Shown here one piece after another: positions 1 through 11,390 of a stretch of DNA of 64,000 nucleotides (positions within the stretch are counted from its first letter, which is position 1; each line of letters begins with the position of its first letter). The DNA lies in the NCBI GenBank assembly GCA_001600695.1, contig BCKQ01000006.1, positions 198,315 to 262,314 of the forward strand. Reading direction: 5' to 3'. The DNA is from Ascoidea asiatica JCM 7603. Lineage: Eukaryota > Fungi > Ascomycota. The notes under the pieces were generated by a model. The model did not search any database and was not told the DNA's origin. It worked only from the letters and a program-made list of their open reading frames with translations. Both the position numbers and the translations under genes were made by a program.

Positions 1-190
1 ACTGAAATTTCTTTTTTCTTCTTATTGAATATAAATTTTATATTTTCTACGTAAAATTTTTCTCTTCATTAAAAATTAGATGACTTAATATTTATATATC
101 ATAGTGGCCTGGATTTGCTTTTACGCATATAGTCTATTTTTATATTTTGTTTATATACTCGTCGGTTTTAAAAATCAAACATAGAGACAC

Positions 191-2542
191 CTAATCTTCA
201 TCACTCTCACTTTCTTCATCATCTTCTTCACTGGATTCCTCTTCACTTGCATTTACTAACCAATCAACATATTTATCGACAAAGTCATTATCTAGATCTG
301 CTTTAATAACTTCATACCATTCAATTATATCATCCTCATCTAGTACGTCTAAATCATAAAGTGCACTAATTGAGAAAATTAAAATTGCTTTTTCAATTTT
401 TGGAAATATTTTAGATTTCTTCATTAATTGATTAAGTAAATCAATTCGATCTTTTTTCTCAAATACTTGTCTCTTGAATAATTTACCCCATTGTTTGAAA
501 ACTTTTAAAGTTGCAGTTTTAGAATCTAAAGTATTTGTGGTTACAAAAGAGTCAATTCTTTGATATAATGATAATATAGTAGAATCTCTAACTTCATAAT
601 AAGTCACATTTTCACTCATTCTTAAAGTATTAATTTCAAGAGTAGTTGTATCTAAATCATGATTATTTTCTATTGCTCTTTTTAATGTAGCTAATGCTTC
701 ACTTTCAAAACTATCTTCATCCGAATCTGAATCTGAGTATTTATTGCTGTTATTAAAATTTTCATCATTTTCTGTAAAATACTCATTTTCAATATCATCT
801 GAAAATTCATTTGAATATTTATCATTTTTATTTACATTATCATTACGATTTTTTCTTTTTTGTTTCTTTGAACCATTTTCAATATCAGAATCAGAATCAT
901 CATCAGAAATATCAAGTGAACTAAAAGTATCGAAAATTAAAGCTTGAGAATCTTTTTTATCACTTTTCATTGAAGAATTTTCAGATTGAGTTTCGGATTG
1001 AGTTTCTGAATGACTTTCATAGTCAGAATCAGAATCATAATCTTCTGAATTATAAAAAAAGCCAGAACCATCTTGGCCTAAAGCTAAATAAGGATTTGAA
1101 TCTACTTCATTATTAATATTATCTACTTCTTCACTAGAACTTTCATCAGAATCAAAAGAAATTGATTTTTTTATTGGAATAGGTTTAGAAATTAATTTTG
1201 AACCTTTTGGAATAAAAATATTAGTACCTACAATAACATTAAAACCTATAATTGAGCCAGGAGATATGGTTGAATCTTTTTTAATAATAGCATCCGAAGC
1301 AATAATTGAATTTTCAATTTTAACATTATCTTCAATTATAACATTATCCCAAATATAAGAATTTCTAATAATTACATTTTTACCAATTTTACAATTTTTA
1401 CCAATCGTTGATTGATTAATAATTGAATAATCACCAATAAAAGATTTATAACCAATAATTGAATTTGAAATAATTTGACAATATTGAGATAAAATAATTT
1501 TTTTATCAAGATAAATATGATTAAAAGAATAATTATAATTTGTATTTAAATTTAAATTTGAATCTGGAGAAATTGGATAAGACCATCTTTCAATAATATC
1601 TTTTGAAATTGAATTATAAGATTGAAAACTTTCAACTCTTGTAGAATATTGATTTGATAAATATGCATAAATTGATCTATTTAATAAATCAGAAGTTAAA
1701 ATACCTTTAACAAAATCAGTTCTAAGATTATTATAATCGAAATTTTCTTGAAATAATAAAGGTACAATTGGAGAACAAATATCTATATGAGGATCAATTA
1801 AATCATTTCTAATTTGAAATTCATTAATTTTATTTAATAATTCACTATCAATTGAAATATCTGAATTATTATTTGATTTTTTTTTATTATGTTTATTATT
1901 GTTATTACTAGAGTTATTATTTTTATTTGAATTTGTAAGAGTATTTAATGGATTTAATTCATCATAATATAAAATTCTATTATTATTATTATTATCTAAT
2001 AAAAATAAAGGAGGATCTAAATTTGATCTTGATCTATGAAATTGATTTGATTTTGATAAAATCATTGTCATTATATGATTTTTATCAATTGATTTTATAT
2101 TATTATGAAATTTTAAAGCATTATTAATATTTATATTTGAAATTATATCACCATATAATAATAAAAAATCATTAACAATAACATCTTTTGAATCAATTTC
2201 TCTTAAAACATCACCAATATTTTTTGAATCTTTTAATAAAATTATTTTAATTTTAAATGGTATTGAATCATTTGACCATTTTGAAGAATTTATATAATCT
2301 TGAATTTTTTCAGCATGTGATGTACACATTAAAAAAATTTCAGTTATATTTGCATTTAATAAAAATTCTAAAGTATAATCAATTAAAGGTACATTTGCTA
2401 AAGGTAATAAACATCTTGGTAATGAATTTGTTAATGGAGCAAATCTTGATTGAAAAGAATCAGTTAAAACAACAGCTTGAAACCTGTCATCACTGAAAGT
2501 ATTCACAGTATTTGATTTTTTTTTATGTTTGGAAACTGCCAT
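191..2542 (-). CDS. GCD6: Translation initiation factor eIF2B epsilon subunit
   Basis: FQAVVLTDSFQSRFAPLT/PRCLLPLANVPLIDYTLEFL nucleotidyltransferase-like N-terminus, left-handed beta-helix repeats, acidic linker, C-terminal W2 domain (LEINTLRM, WLVNASEE). Confidence 0.96.
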   Translation of the reverse strand: MAVSKHKKKSNTVNTFSDDRFQAVVLTDSFQSRFAPLTNSLPRCLLPLANVPLIDYTLEFLLNANITEIFLMCTSHAEKIQDYINSSKWSNDSIPFKIKIILLKDSKNIGDVLREIDSKDVIVNDFLLLYGDIISNININNALKFHNNIKSIDKNHIMTMILSKSNQFHRSRSNLDPPLFLLDNNNNNRILYYDELNPLNTLTNSNKNNNSSNNNNKHNKKKSNNNSDISIDSELLNKINEFQIRNDLIDPHIDICSPIVPLLFQENFDYNNLRTDFVKGILTSDLLNRSIYAYLSNQYSTRVESFQSYNSISKDIIERWSYPISPDSNLNLNTNYNYSFNHIYLDKKIILSQYCQIISNSIIGYKSFIGDYSIINQSTIGKNCKIGKNVIIRNSYIWDNVIIEDNVKIENSIIASDAIIKKDSTISPGSIIGFNVIVGTNIFIPKGSKLISKPIPIKKSISFDSDESSSEEVDNINNEVDSNPYLALGQDGSGFFYNSEDYDSDSDYESHSETQSETQSENSSMKSDKKDSQALIFDTFSSLDISDDDSDSDIENGSKKQKRKNRNDNVNKNDKYSNEFSDDIENEYFTENDENFNNSNKYSDSDSDEDSFESEALATLKRAIENNHDLDTTTLEINTLRMSENVTYYEVRDSTILSLYQRIDSFVTTNTLDSKTATLKVFKQWGKLFKRQVFEKKDRIDLLNQLMKKSKIFPKIEKAILIFSISALYDLDVLDEDDIIEWYEVIKADLDNDFVDKYVDWLVNASEEESSEEDDEESESDED

Positions 2543-2988
2543 TTCTTCAAAGAATTATTAATTATTATTTTGTTGTTTTGAATTGTGAAATGAGAGTCTA
2601 ATGTAAAATGAACTGAATTGCTAACTTGAAAAAGACCTAAAAACTAAGATAAATGAGAATTGTACTTGATATATGTTTTTTTCTTTCACTTTCTTCTCTA
2701 TTCATAACTAAACCTTTTCATCAGTTCATTAATCTAAATCCCAATGAAAACAAAACAAATCATCATCACAATCAATTTTCCAACTTTGACCTTTCTTTTC
2801 TTTTGTTTCCTTCATTCATCAAAAATATATTAAAAAAAAAATCCCAAAAGAGTAACTTCATTATTGCATTCCGACTCTTAAAATCACGTTGTAAAAATGA
2901 CTAATTTTACTTCCAACCTTTCCAAAGCATGCAGTATATTATTATTGCTATTATTTATTTTCCTGAATTCTGGTAATTATAATAAGAT

Positions 2989-3078
2989 GAAGCTGTGGCT
3001 CAATGGTAGAGCTTTCGACTCCAGTTCAGAGATTGAGTTGCAATCGAAGGGCTGCAGGTTCAATTCCTGTCAGTTTCA
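2989..3078 (+). tRNA. tRNA-Trp (CCA) with 18-nt intron (3025-3042)
   Basis: GAAGCTGTGGCTCAATGGTAGAGCTTTCGACTCCAG-[intron]-ATCGAAGGGCTGCAGGTTCAATTCCTGTCAGTTTCA; near-identical to yeast tRNA-Trp; anticodon at 3021-3023; T-run terminator follows. Confidence 0.96.
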
Positions 3079-3747
3079 ATTCTTTTTTACTTTTTAATTG
3101 CTTTTTAAATTTTTTTTAGATATATTGACTGTATAGAATATCACCCATTTCAGTTATGATTGTGATTTGATTCTGTTTTTTTTAGTTTTATTTGAACAAA
3201 CCATTTTTTAAGAAACACCTGGTTCTAAACTCCTGGGTAAAGGAATAAAGAGCTGATTTCATCTCATGGAATCATGCTTTCATCGACTTCCAGATTACTG
3301 TATTCTGAAGTGCTTTTGCATAGTAGATTAAAAGGCTGAATGAATTGAACAATGCAAACAATTTTTATTTTTGTTTACAATTGACTAAAGTTTGGTCCCC
3401 AGACAAAAAAAAGTATTTGAACAACATCAAGCCTTAATTTTTACTGTTTCTTCTTTTTTTTTAATAGTTTACTTTCGTGGTTAAAAAAAACAATGATATG
3501 TTTTTTCAAAGAATGATCATTTAAAAGAATATAAAATTTTAATATAAAATGGACAAATTGTCCTTGATTGATTATGAAAATAATATAGAATTAAAAATAA
3601 TAGAATTAGAAATATATTATAAGTAATAATAAAATAGCTCATCAAAAATAAATTCTCATACAATTTTTCTTTTACTTCAAATAATTTATAAAAACAAAAT
3701 TTTCAGTAATTCTAATTTTCAAAATCACTTTACTTGAATCTAAAAAC

Positions 3748-3885
3748 ATGCCTAAATATTCATCTAAATCAAATTCAAAAGTTTCAAAATACCCTACAAG
3801 CTGGAAATGCACAAAATGTGGGCATAAAAATGAAATCAAAGATGAAATATGTACAAAATGTAAAGCTTTAGCATCTAATTCATAA
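3748..3885 (+). CDS. 45-aa RanBP2-type zinc-finger microprotein (below ORF-track cutoff)
   Basis: MPKYSSKSNSKVSKYPTSWKCTKCGHKNEIKDEICTKCKALASNS matches W-x-C-x2-C-x3-N-x6-C-x2-C exactly; AAAAAC-ATG start context; AT-ending codons as in neighbouring genes. Confidence 0.75.
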   Translation: MPKYSSKSNSKVSKYPTSWKCTKCGHKNEIKDEICTKCKALASNS

Positions 3886-4602
3886 TCTAACAAAGAAATA
3901 ATATCAATTTCTTAAAATTACTTCATATCAATAAATTATTGGTTTCCTACATATTTGTTTCCTCATAGAAACTTTTCAACTTGCAGCTTTTTACTCTTTA
4001 TATTATACCTTATAAAAAATTTTAATTCTATGCATTTTATACCTATATTAAATTTTCCTTTTACATTCCTTTTTTTCAAATTTCTATAGATTTTCAATAC
4101 AAAATTTTTTTTTTTTTTCTATTTTTTTTTAAATTCTAAAGTTTAAAATATGAATGTCTTGTTTAGTAGACATCAGAATTTAATAATCTTAAATGAATAT
4201 TATCTTGAAAGTTTACAAATGTTGGTTGTATTACAGTAAAAAATTTTTGTTCTTCACAACTTTTTTCTCATCTTGATTTTTTGTTTTCTTAAGTAATTAT
4301 TGATAATATCCATTGAAATATAATAATATTTTTCCAATTAAAGTATAAGTTATACTATGAATCATAAACATAATCAATTGATTGGAATTTTTCTACTATT
4401 AAATGTCCAGTGTCTTACGATTAAAACAATTTTAAAACATTAAAGTATTAAACAATCAAAAAAAAAGCTTTATTTCTTACTATGCAGGGAAGCTAAACCT
4501 TAATGTTTAAGTGTTTAAGAATTTCGGACCGCAAATTGTAGAGCATAAAAGAATCATATTTTATTTTGAGTTACTAGTATTATAACTAAAAGATATAAAT
4601 AT

Positions 4603-4609
<7 letters not shown>

Positions 4610-4636
<27 letters not shown>
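4610..4636. repeat. (TA)n microsatellite
   Basis: Uninterrupted TA dinucleotide run. Confidence 0.9.
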
Positions 4637-4642
<6 letters not shown>

Positions 4643-4821
4643 GATTTCATTTAATTAAAAAACTTATTATATAGAACTAATGGAAATTATGTAGGTATAA
4701 AACAAACAAGAAAAGAGAAAATTAGAAATAAATTTGAAAATAAAAATACAATATAAAAAGTACAATAAGAAAACTTTCACTCAATAAAATCTTTATTAAT
4801 TGAAATAATGACCTTTAGAAT

Positions 4822-6024
4822 TTATGGAGATTTAGAGTTAAGACCGATATTCTCCTTTGAATTTAAATTTTCTGAATTTTTTTGTGTATTTGACTCAGAA
4901 ACTTCATTATTTAATTCAGTTCTTGGAACTGATTTGATTTCATCTTTTGATTTTGGAATTGAAGTTGAAGTTGAAGTAAGATATGATTTTGATTCTGATT
5001 CTGATTCTGATTCTGATTTTGAATTTGATTTAGAATTTGATCCTGATTTTACATCTATATCATTAGAAGATTCTTTTGAATCTTTTTCATTTTCAGAATT
5101 TGATTTTATATCATCTATTTTTTCAGAATTTGTAACTGGAGTATCTTTCGAATCAACTTCGATTTTATCATTCTCCTTTTTCTCATCGAAATCTGATTTT
5201 TTTATAGATGGTTTTTTGTTAGTTGTAGGATTTGGAGATTCAGAAAAATCAAGTTTTCTTTTAAGTTCATTTAATTTTTCAGTTTTTTTTTCTACTTTAT
5301 TTTCATTAATTCCATTATTTTCAACAATTTTATTGCTTTCTTTTGAATCATTTTTAGGTTTTTCAACACTTTCAACTTTGTCAAGTTTTTCATCTTTTTT
5401 ATCTTTTTTATCTTCTGAATTATTTGGATTCTGATTAATTTCTTTAGCATTATTAATTTTCTTAACTTCATTTTCTTCAACTTCAGAAGGAAGTTCTTTA
5501 ACAATAATCTTTTTCACATTAGAATTTTTATTTTCAAATTCTTTAATAGGTTTATTCTTTTCTTCTTCCTCTTTTTCAACATCTACTTCATCATCATCTT
5601 CTTCATCATCATTGTCATTATCAGAATTTTCTTCATCATTGGAGTTTTCTTCATTATCAGAACTTTCTTCATCATCAGGATGAAAATTTTTATATTTATA
5701 AAAATCTTTTAAAGTTTTATATTTACTAGCATCAATAAAAGCATTAAATAAAGCTTTTTTAGATGACCTTTTTGATTTTAAAATTTTAATTTTTGAATTA
5801 ATAATTTCATCATTTAATAATTTTGAATTTTTAAAAGTCGCCCAACCAAAATTTGAATCATGATAAAACCAAACATAAAAACTAACAATATTTTTTGGTT
5901 TATATAAAAAATCTTCTTTAAGTGCTAAACTTTCATCAACTATCATTGCTGGCCATGGCGCATAAGATTCAATTTTAACTAATAATCTTTCACCTTTTTT
6001 GAAAATTTGAGCTTTTTCAGTCAT
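4822..6024 (-). CDS. PWWP-domain chromatin protein (Pdp3/Ioc4-like) with long charged disordered tail
   Basis: FKKGERLLVKIESYAPWPAMIV...YVWFYHDSNFGW...LFNAFIDA is a PWWP fold signature. Confidence 0.8.
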   Translation of the reverse strand: MTEKAQIFKKGERLLVKIESYAPWPAMIVDESLALKEDFLYKPKNIVSFYVWFYHDSNFGWATFKNSKLLNDEIINSKIKILKSKRSSKKALFNAFIDASKYKTLKDFYKYKNFHPDDEESSDNEENSNDEENSDNDNDDEEDDDEVDVEKEEEEKNKPIKEFENKNSNVKKIIVKELPSEVEENEVKKINNAKEINQNPNNSEDKKDKKDEKLDKVESVEKPKNDSKESNKIVENNGINENKVEKKTEKLNELKRKLDFSESPNPTTNKKPSIKKSDFDEKKENDKIEVDSKDTPVTNSEKIDDIKSNSENEKDSKESSNDIDVKSGSNSKSNSKSESESESESKSYLTSTSTSIPKSKDEIKSVPRTELNNEVSESNTQKNSENLNSKENIGLNSKSP

Positions 6025-6964
6025 TGTTGAAATTTTATTATTATGAAATAGTAGTATTGAGTTAGCAAACCTAGCAAAATTAGTAAAAATGTGTAAAAAT
6101 TAAGCAAAATCGAGATAAAATCAATGAAATAAAAGATGTTTAAATCAATTGGAATATAAATATTGGTTATATAAAATAATAAATAAATTCAGAATTTGAA
6201 TAAAATATTCTAATCTTCTTGAGTTTTTTATATGAGCCGATTCCCAGGTATGAATCCGAAAGACATTCAAAAAGCAAGTTAGTAAATGAGGTAGTGAAAG
6301 TAACTATCGTAGTTAAGCAAGTAACTGAAGCTACAGTGTTTTGGAACTTCACTTGATTCTATTTTCGATTTTCGATTTTTTAATTGCTGGTCAAAGTCGG
6401 TCACGTGGCAATCCCCACTCAGCACTAAACGAAAGCGAACACCTTCAAGGTATTCTTGGTGTTCGTTAAGAAAAATCATCGGGAAACTCCGGTCTGAGAA
6501 GTTCCGGTTACCCTTCCTAAAGCAGTATTTGAAAATGAAGCAATGCCGGAAAACATCACAGAAGAATGCATAAACTTATGTGGCGGTGCTGTCCTACATT
6601 GATATATCCTGTTGTCCCAATAAAACGCTGAATGTTTCTTAAATTGCCCTATATTTTTCTGTCCTTTGCCCATTTCTTTGTCTTATCAGTAAATACATTT
6701 CGAAAGGTTATCAACAAAGATTTTCATACGTAAGAGACTGCTTATCTCAAAATAAATTAATATCGTATGAGACTCTGGATTAATGTAACTATTTGAATTA
6801 ACAAATACCTAGTAATTTTATTTGAGACCTTTTGATTTTGATAAAAGGTTTATGTAATTCCTAAATTATTTTCAATAAATGAAGGTTCTTTGACTTTTGA
6901 TGATTCAAATTCTATAATAATAATTAATAAGTGGATTCAATCCAAAAAAATCTACAAAATTTTA

Positions 6965-8599
6965 ATGTCATCATCAATAACAACTTTATCCCATCCAAAA
7001 AATGATATAAGTTTATTAGATAAATTTTTACCAAAAGGAAATAAATATATTTCATTTTGTTTTGCAATATTAACTGCATTAGCAGGAGGTTCATGTTATG
7101 TAACTTCAATATTCATAACTCAATTAGCTTCAAATTGTTCTTTAACTCAACAAGATGTTTCATTTTTAATGACAGGTTTATCTTTAGGTAATGTAATTTT
7201 TGGTGCTTTTGGTGGATTTATTTCTGATTTTATAAATACTGAATTAACGGTATTTTTATCTTCAATTCAATGTCATTTTGCATTTTTAATAATTTTTTTT
7301 TTTTATAAAAATAAAATTAATTCTAAAAATTCTTTAAATATTTATTTTTTATTTTTTTCATTTATTTTAATAGGTTCTGGTACATCATATGCAATTTATT
7401 CTGCTTTAAAAGTAAATACTTTAAATTTTCAAAAAAAAAAAGGTATTGCACAAGCTTTTCCATTAGGTTTTTTAGCTTTAGCTGCTTCTTTATATTCTTT
7501 AATTTCAACAAAATTTTTTGAAAATAATCTTCAAGGTTTTTTAAAATTTTTATCAATTTCAACTTTTTTATTACTTTTTTCAAGTGTTTTTTTTATGAGA
7601 ATTGATAAAAATAATAATAATAATCATATTTTTTCAAAATTACAAGTTATAGATATTGAACAATTAGATTCAACAAATGAAAATCAAACTGAAAATGATC
7701 CATTGCTAGTTAATAATATTAACAATAACAGTAATAATGATATAAGAAAGAATTCAACTTCAGAAATTAATAGTAGACTGTTTAATTTATATAATAATCA
7801 ATCTGAAAATCAAAGTCAAGATATTGAAATTAATAATTCAATTGAAATTCAATTATTTCCAAAAAATGATCAAACTTTATTACAAAAAATCTTATCACCA
7901 TGGTTTTGGTCAATATTTATAATTCTTGGAATTTGTTTAGCAATTGGACAAAATTATATTTATAATTTAGGTTTCATTGTAAAAGCTCAAGTTGATTATC
8001 TCAATAGGTATAATATACTTGAGAATGAGAATAATAATGATGATGATGAAAATAGTAGTATTATTAATCTTCAAAATACTCAAGCTTTAAATGTATCATT
8101 ATTTGCAATTAATAATTTCATTGGTAGAATTTCAACTGGATTTTTATCTGACTTTATTAAAAATAAATATAATTATCAAAGATTATGGGTACTCTTATTT
8201 GGAACTTTTTTACAAAATTTTTCTCAAATTTTATTAATTTTCTCAAAAGAAAATATTAAAATTTTATCAATAATCTCAATATTCAATGGATTTTCATTTG
8301 GATTTTCATTTGGTGTAATTCCAGTAATTTTAGTTGATTTTTTTGGTATTAATGGTTCAACTACTATTTTTGCATTAGCAAATCCTGGAGTCTTGATTTT
8401 TTTATCATTCACTTTAAATATTTTCTCTAAAGTTTTCAATAATAATAGTGAATTTGATTTTGATTCAAATGAAAAGATATGTTTAGTTGGAGTTAACTGT
8501 TATAGAAATGCTTTTAAAGTCAATTCACTCATAGTTTCTACTGTTTCCTTCATGGTCCTTTTACTCATCTATCTCAGAAGAAATATCCAAGATAAATAG
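6965..8599 (+). CDS. MFS transporter, MCH1/nodulin-like family (paralog A)
   Basis: About 12 hydrophobic segments, NFxxxKGxAQAFPL and NFIGRISTGFLSD motifs, C-terminal C-x-G-x-x-CY; first ATG at 6965 (the track's TTG start at 6890 is unlikely). Confidence 0.85.
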   Translation: MSSSITTLSHPKNDISLLDKFLPKGNKYISFCFAILTALAGGSCYVTSIFITQLASNCSLTQQDVSFLMTGLSLGNVIFGAFGGFISDFINTELTVFLSSIQCHFAFLIIFFFYKNKINSKNSLNIYFLFFSFILIGSGTSYAIYSALKVNTLNFQKKKGIAQAFPLGFLALAASLYSLISTKFFENNLQGFLKFLSISTFLLLFSSVFFMRIDKNNNNNHIFSKLQVIDIEQLDSTNENQTENDPLLVNNINNNSNNDIRKNSTSEINSRLFNLYNNQSENQSQDIEINNSIEIQLFPKNDQTLLQKILSPWFWSIFIILGICLAIGQNYIYNLGFIVKAQVDYLNRYNILENENNNDDDENSSIINLQNTQALNVSLFAINNFIGRISTGFLSDFIKNKYNYQRLWVLLFGTFLQNFSQILLIFSKENIKILSIISIFNGFSFGFSFGVIPVILVDFFGINGSTTIFALANPGVLIFLSFTLNIFSKVFNNNSEFDFDSNEKICLVGVNCYRNAFKVNSLIVSTVSFMVLLLIYLRRNIQDK

Positions 8600-9523
8600 T
8601 TTATATATTCTTTCCATGTGAATCAGTTCCTTTTATCTATTTTATTTATTTATTATACATTTATTTCATTATTACTTCGGTAATTTCCCTTTTTGTTTCT
8701 TATCTCGGTTAGCATCGCCGACGTGCATCGAACGTGGTTGCTTTCCCGTGGTTTCTCCCATATTACAAGGGTTTTAAACTATTTCTTATTGTATTTGCAC
8801 ACACTAAATCCCACCTCTGAACGCAAATCACGTTTTATATCCGAGTTTCTCGCTAACCAAAACAAAGCAGAAGCAAAGCAGAAATAAAGCTTCTTTTTTC
8901 CAGTTCATACAAAATCCTTTTTTTTAGGGAGTTTTCTCTGATTTTATAACTTTTTTTGTAAATCAACAACAGAATTGTGAAAAAATATCTCTTTTTTGTC
9001 AGAATTGATTCAATTACAATTCCAAATAAATAGATACTTCAAACAACCAAATGATAGTCTGATATTCAACCGATCTAAGAGCTAGATTATTTTCATAAAT
9101 ATTTGCTTAATTTGCTCAGTAGTACACTACTGTACTATACTACTATAAACTTTATCAATTTTCACTCTTCTCAGTGTGAACTTTTTGACTTTGAATTACA
9201 TGCTATTGGACTTTCTTGTCAAAATCATAAATAGTAAATAATAATAGTTTCCTTTGAAATTCAAATAGCATTACTATCGAAGTTCCACTAAAAAAGTATT
9301 ATCATCATATTAAATAACTATATTCTTTTACAAAAAAAAAAAAAACATAATTATATTCCAATTATTTCATTTCTTTATCCCTTCAAATTTATACTCTTTT
9401 TTATATTATAGAAACTCTCATATACAAAAAATTTATTATTAATATTCTTTCTATCTTTTTTTCTTTTTCTTTCAATCAATAATACAGTATATCTGCAAAT
9501 TAAATCGAAAAATTCATCTTAAA

Positions 9524-11218
9524 ATGTTTGAATATCTAAATAGAGATGTTTTTCCAAAAGCTACTCCATATTTATCTTTATTTGCAGCTATATGTTCTTC
9601 ATTATCTGGTGGTACTCTTTATGTATTTTCACTTTATTCTTCAAAAGTTGCTTTAAATTGTTCTTTATCTGCAGAACAAACTGCTTTATTGAGTAATGGT
9701 TTATCTTTTGGTCAAATAATTATTGGATTTTTAGGTTCTTTAATAGCTGATAATGTGAATAATGGTCCTCAATTTTGTGTATTTATTGGTGCTTTTTTCT
9801 CTTTTTTTGGTTATTTAACATTATATTTCGCAATTAAATTTTATATCACTTATTTCCCATTAATTTTTTTTGCTTGTGTTTTAATAGGTACTGGTGTTGT
9901 ATTTGGTTTTCCTGCAACTTTAAAAGTAACTGTTGCTAATTTTCCAAATAGTAAAGGTTCTGCACAAGCTTTTCCTCTAGGATTTTTAGCAATTGCTTCA
10001 TTGATTTTCTCTGCAATTAAAGATATTTTTTTTGGTGAAGATGTTACTAATTTTGTTTTATTTTTAGCTATTTTTTGTTTATTAATGTTATCTTTAAGTT
10101 CTGTATTTTTAAGAATACTTACTTCAGATGAATTATCTGAAAATTCAATTACTAATATCGATAATAATAATACTAATATTATTAACACTCTTCAAAATAA
10201 TAATTTGAATAAAAATTCAAAATTTATAGATATTGAAGAAAATGAATCTGATTTACAAACTGAAGATAGTACAAGTACTTTTGGAAATGGTTCAACAAGT
10301 ATTTCAAAAAATTCAATAAAAAAAGATGAAAATTCTCCATTAATTTTGAAAACAAGAGTATATTCTGCATCAACTACTCCTTCAAAACTTATTAATAATG
10401 AATCAAGAACTTCAACTGGAAATTATAGAACTTTTAATAATTCTAATACTATTGAAAATGAAAATGAAAGTGATAACTTAACAAATAGTAATATAATAAA
10501 TACTGAAATTCCAAACAAAAATAATTTAACTTTATTTCAAGAAATTTTTACAATTTGGTTTCCTTATCATTTAGTTGTTTTAGGAATTGTTCAATCATTT
10601 GGTCAAAATTATATTTTTAATTCCGGATTTATAATTAAAGCTCAAGTTGATTATCTTAATAATCAAAATTCAGGTACTTTAATTAATTTAGGTGAAACTC
10701 AAGCTTTAAACCTTGCAGTAATTTCTTTAGCTAATTTCACAGGTAGATTTGCAACTGGTTTTTTTTCTGATTTTGTTACAAGAAGATTAAAATATCAAAG
10801 ATTATGGGTTTTATTCTTAGGTACTTTGCTTCAACAATTTGCTCAAGCTTGTTTATTTTTATTTGAAGTTAATCTTAATAAATTACTTTTTATTTCTTTT
10901 ATTAATGGATTTTCATTTGGTTTTGCATTTGGTGTTTATCCTTCAATATTAGCTGAATTCTTTAGTATTAAAAATTTTGGTTCAATTTTTTCTTTAGAAT
11001 CTTTAGCTGTATTACTTTTCTTAGGATTTCTATGTAGTTATTTTGGTAGAGTTTATGATAATCATAGTTTTTGGGATGGTACAGCAAACCGTAATATATG
11101 TTTGGTTGGAACAGAATGTTATAAAGATGTTTTTGTTAGTACTTTCCGTATATTAGTTATCACAAGTGGTTTAGTTTTATTACTAATTTATTTAAGAAGA
11201 AATATTAAAAAAAATTAA
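9524..11218 (+). CDS. MFS transporter, MCH1/nodulin-like family (paralog B)
   Basis: GGTLYVFSLYS, ANFPNSKGSAQAFPL, NFTGRFATGFFSD, CLVGTECY; shares long motifs with the upstream paralog. Confidence 0.88.
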   Translation: MFEYLNRDVFPKATPYLSLFAAICSSLSGGTLYVFSLYSSKVALNCSLSAEQTALLSNGLSFGQIIIGFLGSLIADNVNNGPQFCVFIGAFFSFFGYLTLYFAIKFYITYFPLIFFACVLIGTGVVFGFPATLKVTVANFPNSKGSAQAFPLGFLAIASLIFSAIKDIFFGEDVTNFVLFLAIFCLLMLSLSSVFLRILTSDELSENSITNIDNNNTNIINTLQNNNLNKNSKFIDIEENESDLQTEDSTSTFGNGSTSISKNSIKKDENSPLILKTRVYSASTTPSKLINNESRTSTGNYRTFNNSNTIENENESDNLTNSNIINTEIPNKNNLTLFQEIFTIWFPYHLVVLGIVQSFGQNYIFNSGFIIKAQVDYLNNQNSGTLINLGETQALNLAVISLANFTGRFATGFFSDFVTRRLKYQRLWVLFLGTLLQQFAQACLFLFEVNLNKLLFISFINGFSFGFAFGVYPSILAEFFSIKNFGSIFSLESLAVLLFLGFLCSYFGRVYDNHSFWDGTANRNICLVGTECYKDVFVSTFRILVITSGLVLLLIYLRRNIKKN

Positions 11219-11390
11219 ATATCATTATATAAAGTTCTTCTTTTGTTTTTAGAAGAACAGAATAAAAACATTTTATAAAAACATTTTATAAACACATTTA
11301 AATTTGATAAATTTTATTTATTTCTATGTAAACTCTAAATAAATTAGTAAAAGAAATAAATAGAGACTATGGATTCTAGATTATGAATTA

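Noticed and set aside
3014-3048. tRNA-Trp as a possible UGA-suppressing variant
   Set aside because: The anticodon stem is a normal 5 bp (TTCGA/TCGAA) with CCA, and TGA is used as a stop in this window (e.g. CYR1)
3672-3893. 73-aa minus-strand ORF in the track
   Set aside because: Non-ATG start; it is the antisense shadow of the plus-strand zinc-finger ORF
4808-5434. 208-aa plus-strand ORF (also 11548-12243, 46007-46498 and similar overlapping ORFs)
   Set aside because: Antisense or alternative-frame shadows of real genes with biased codon usage
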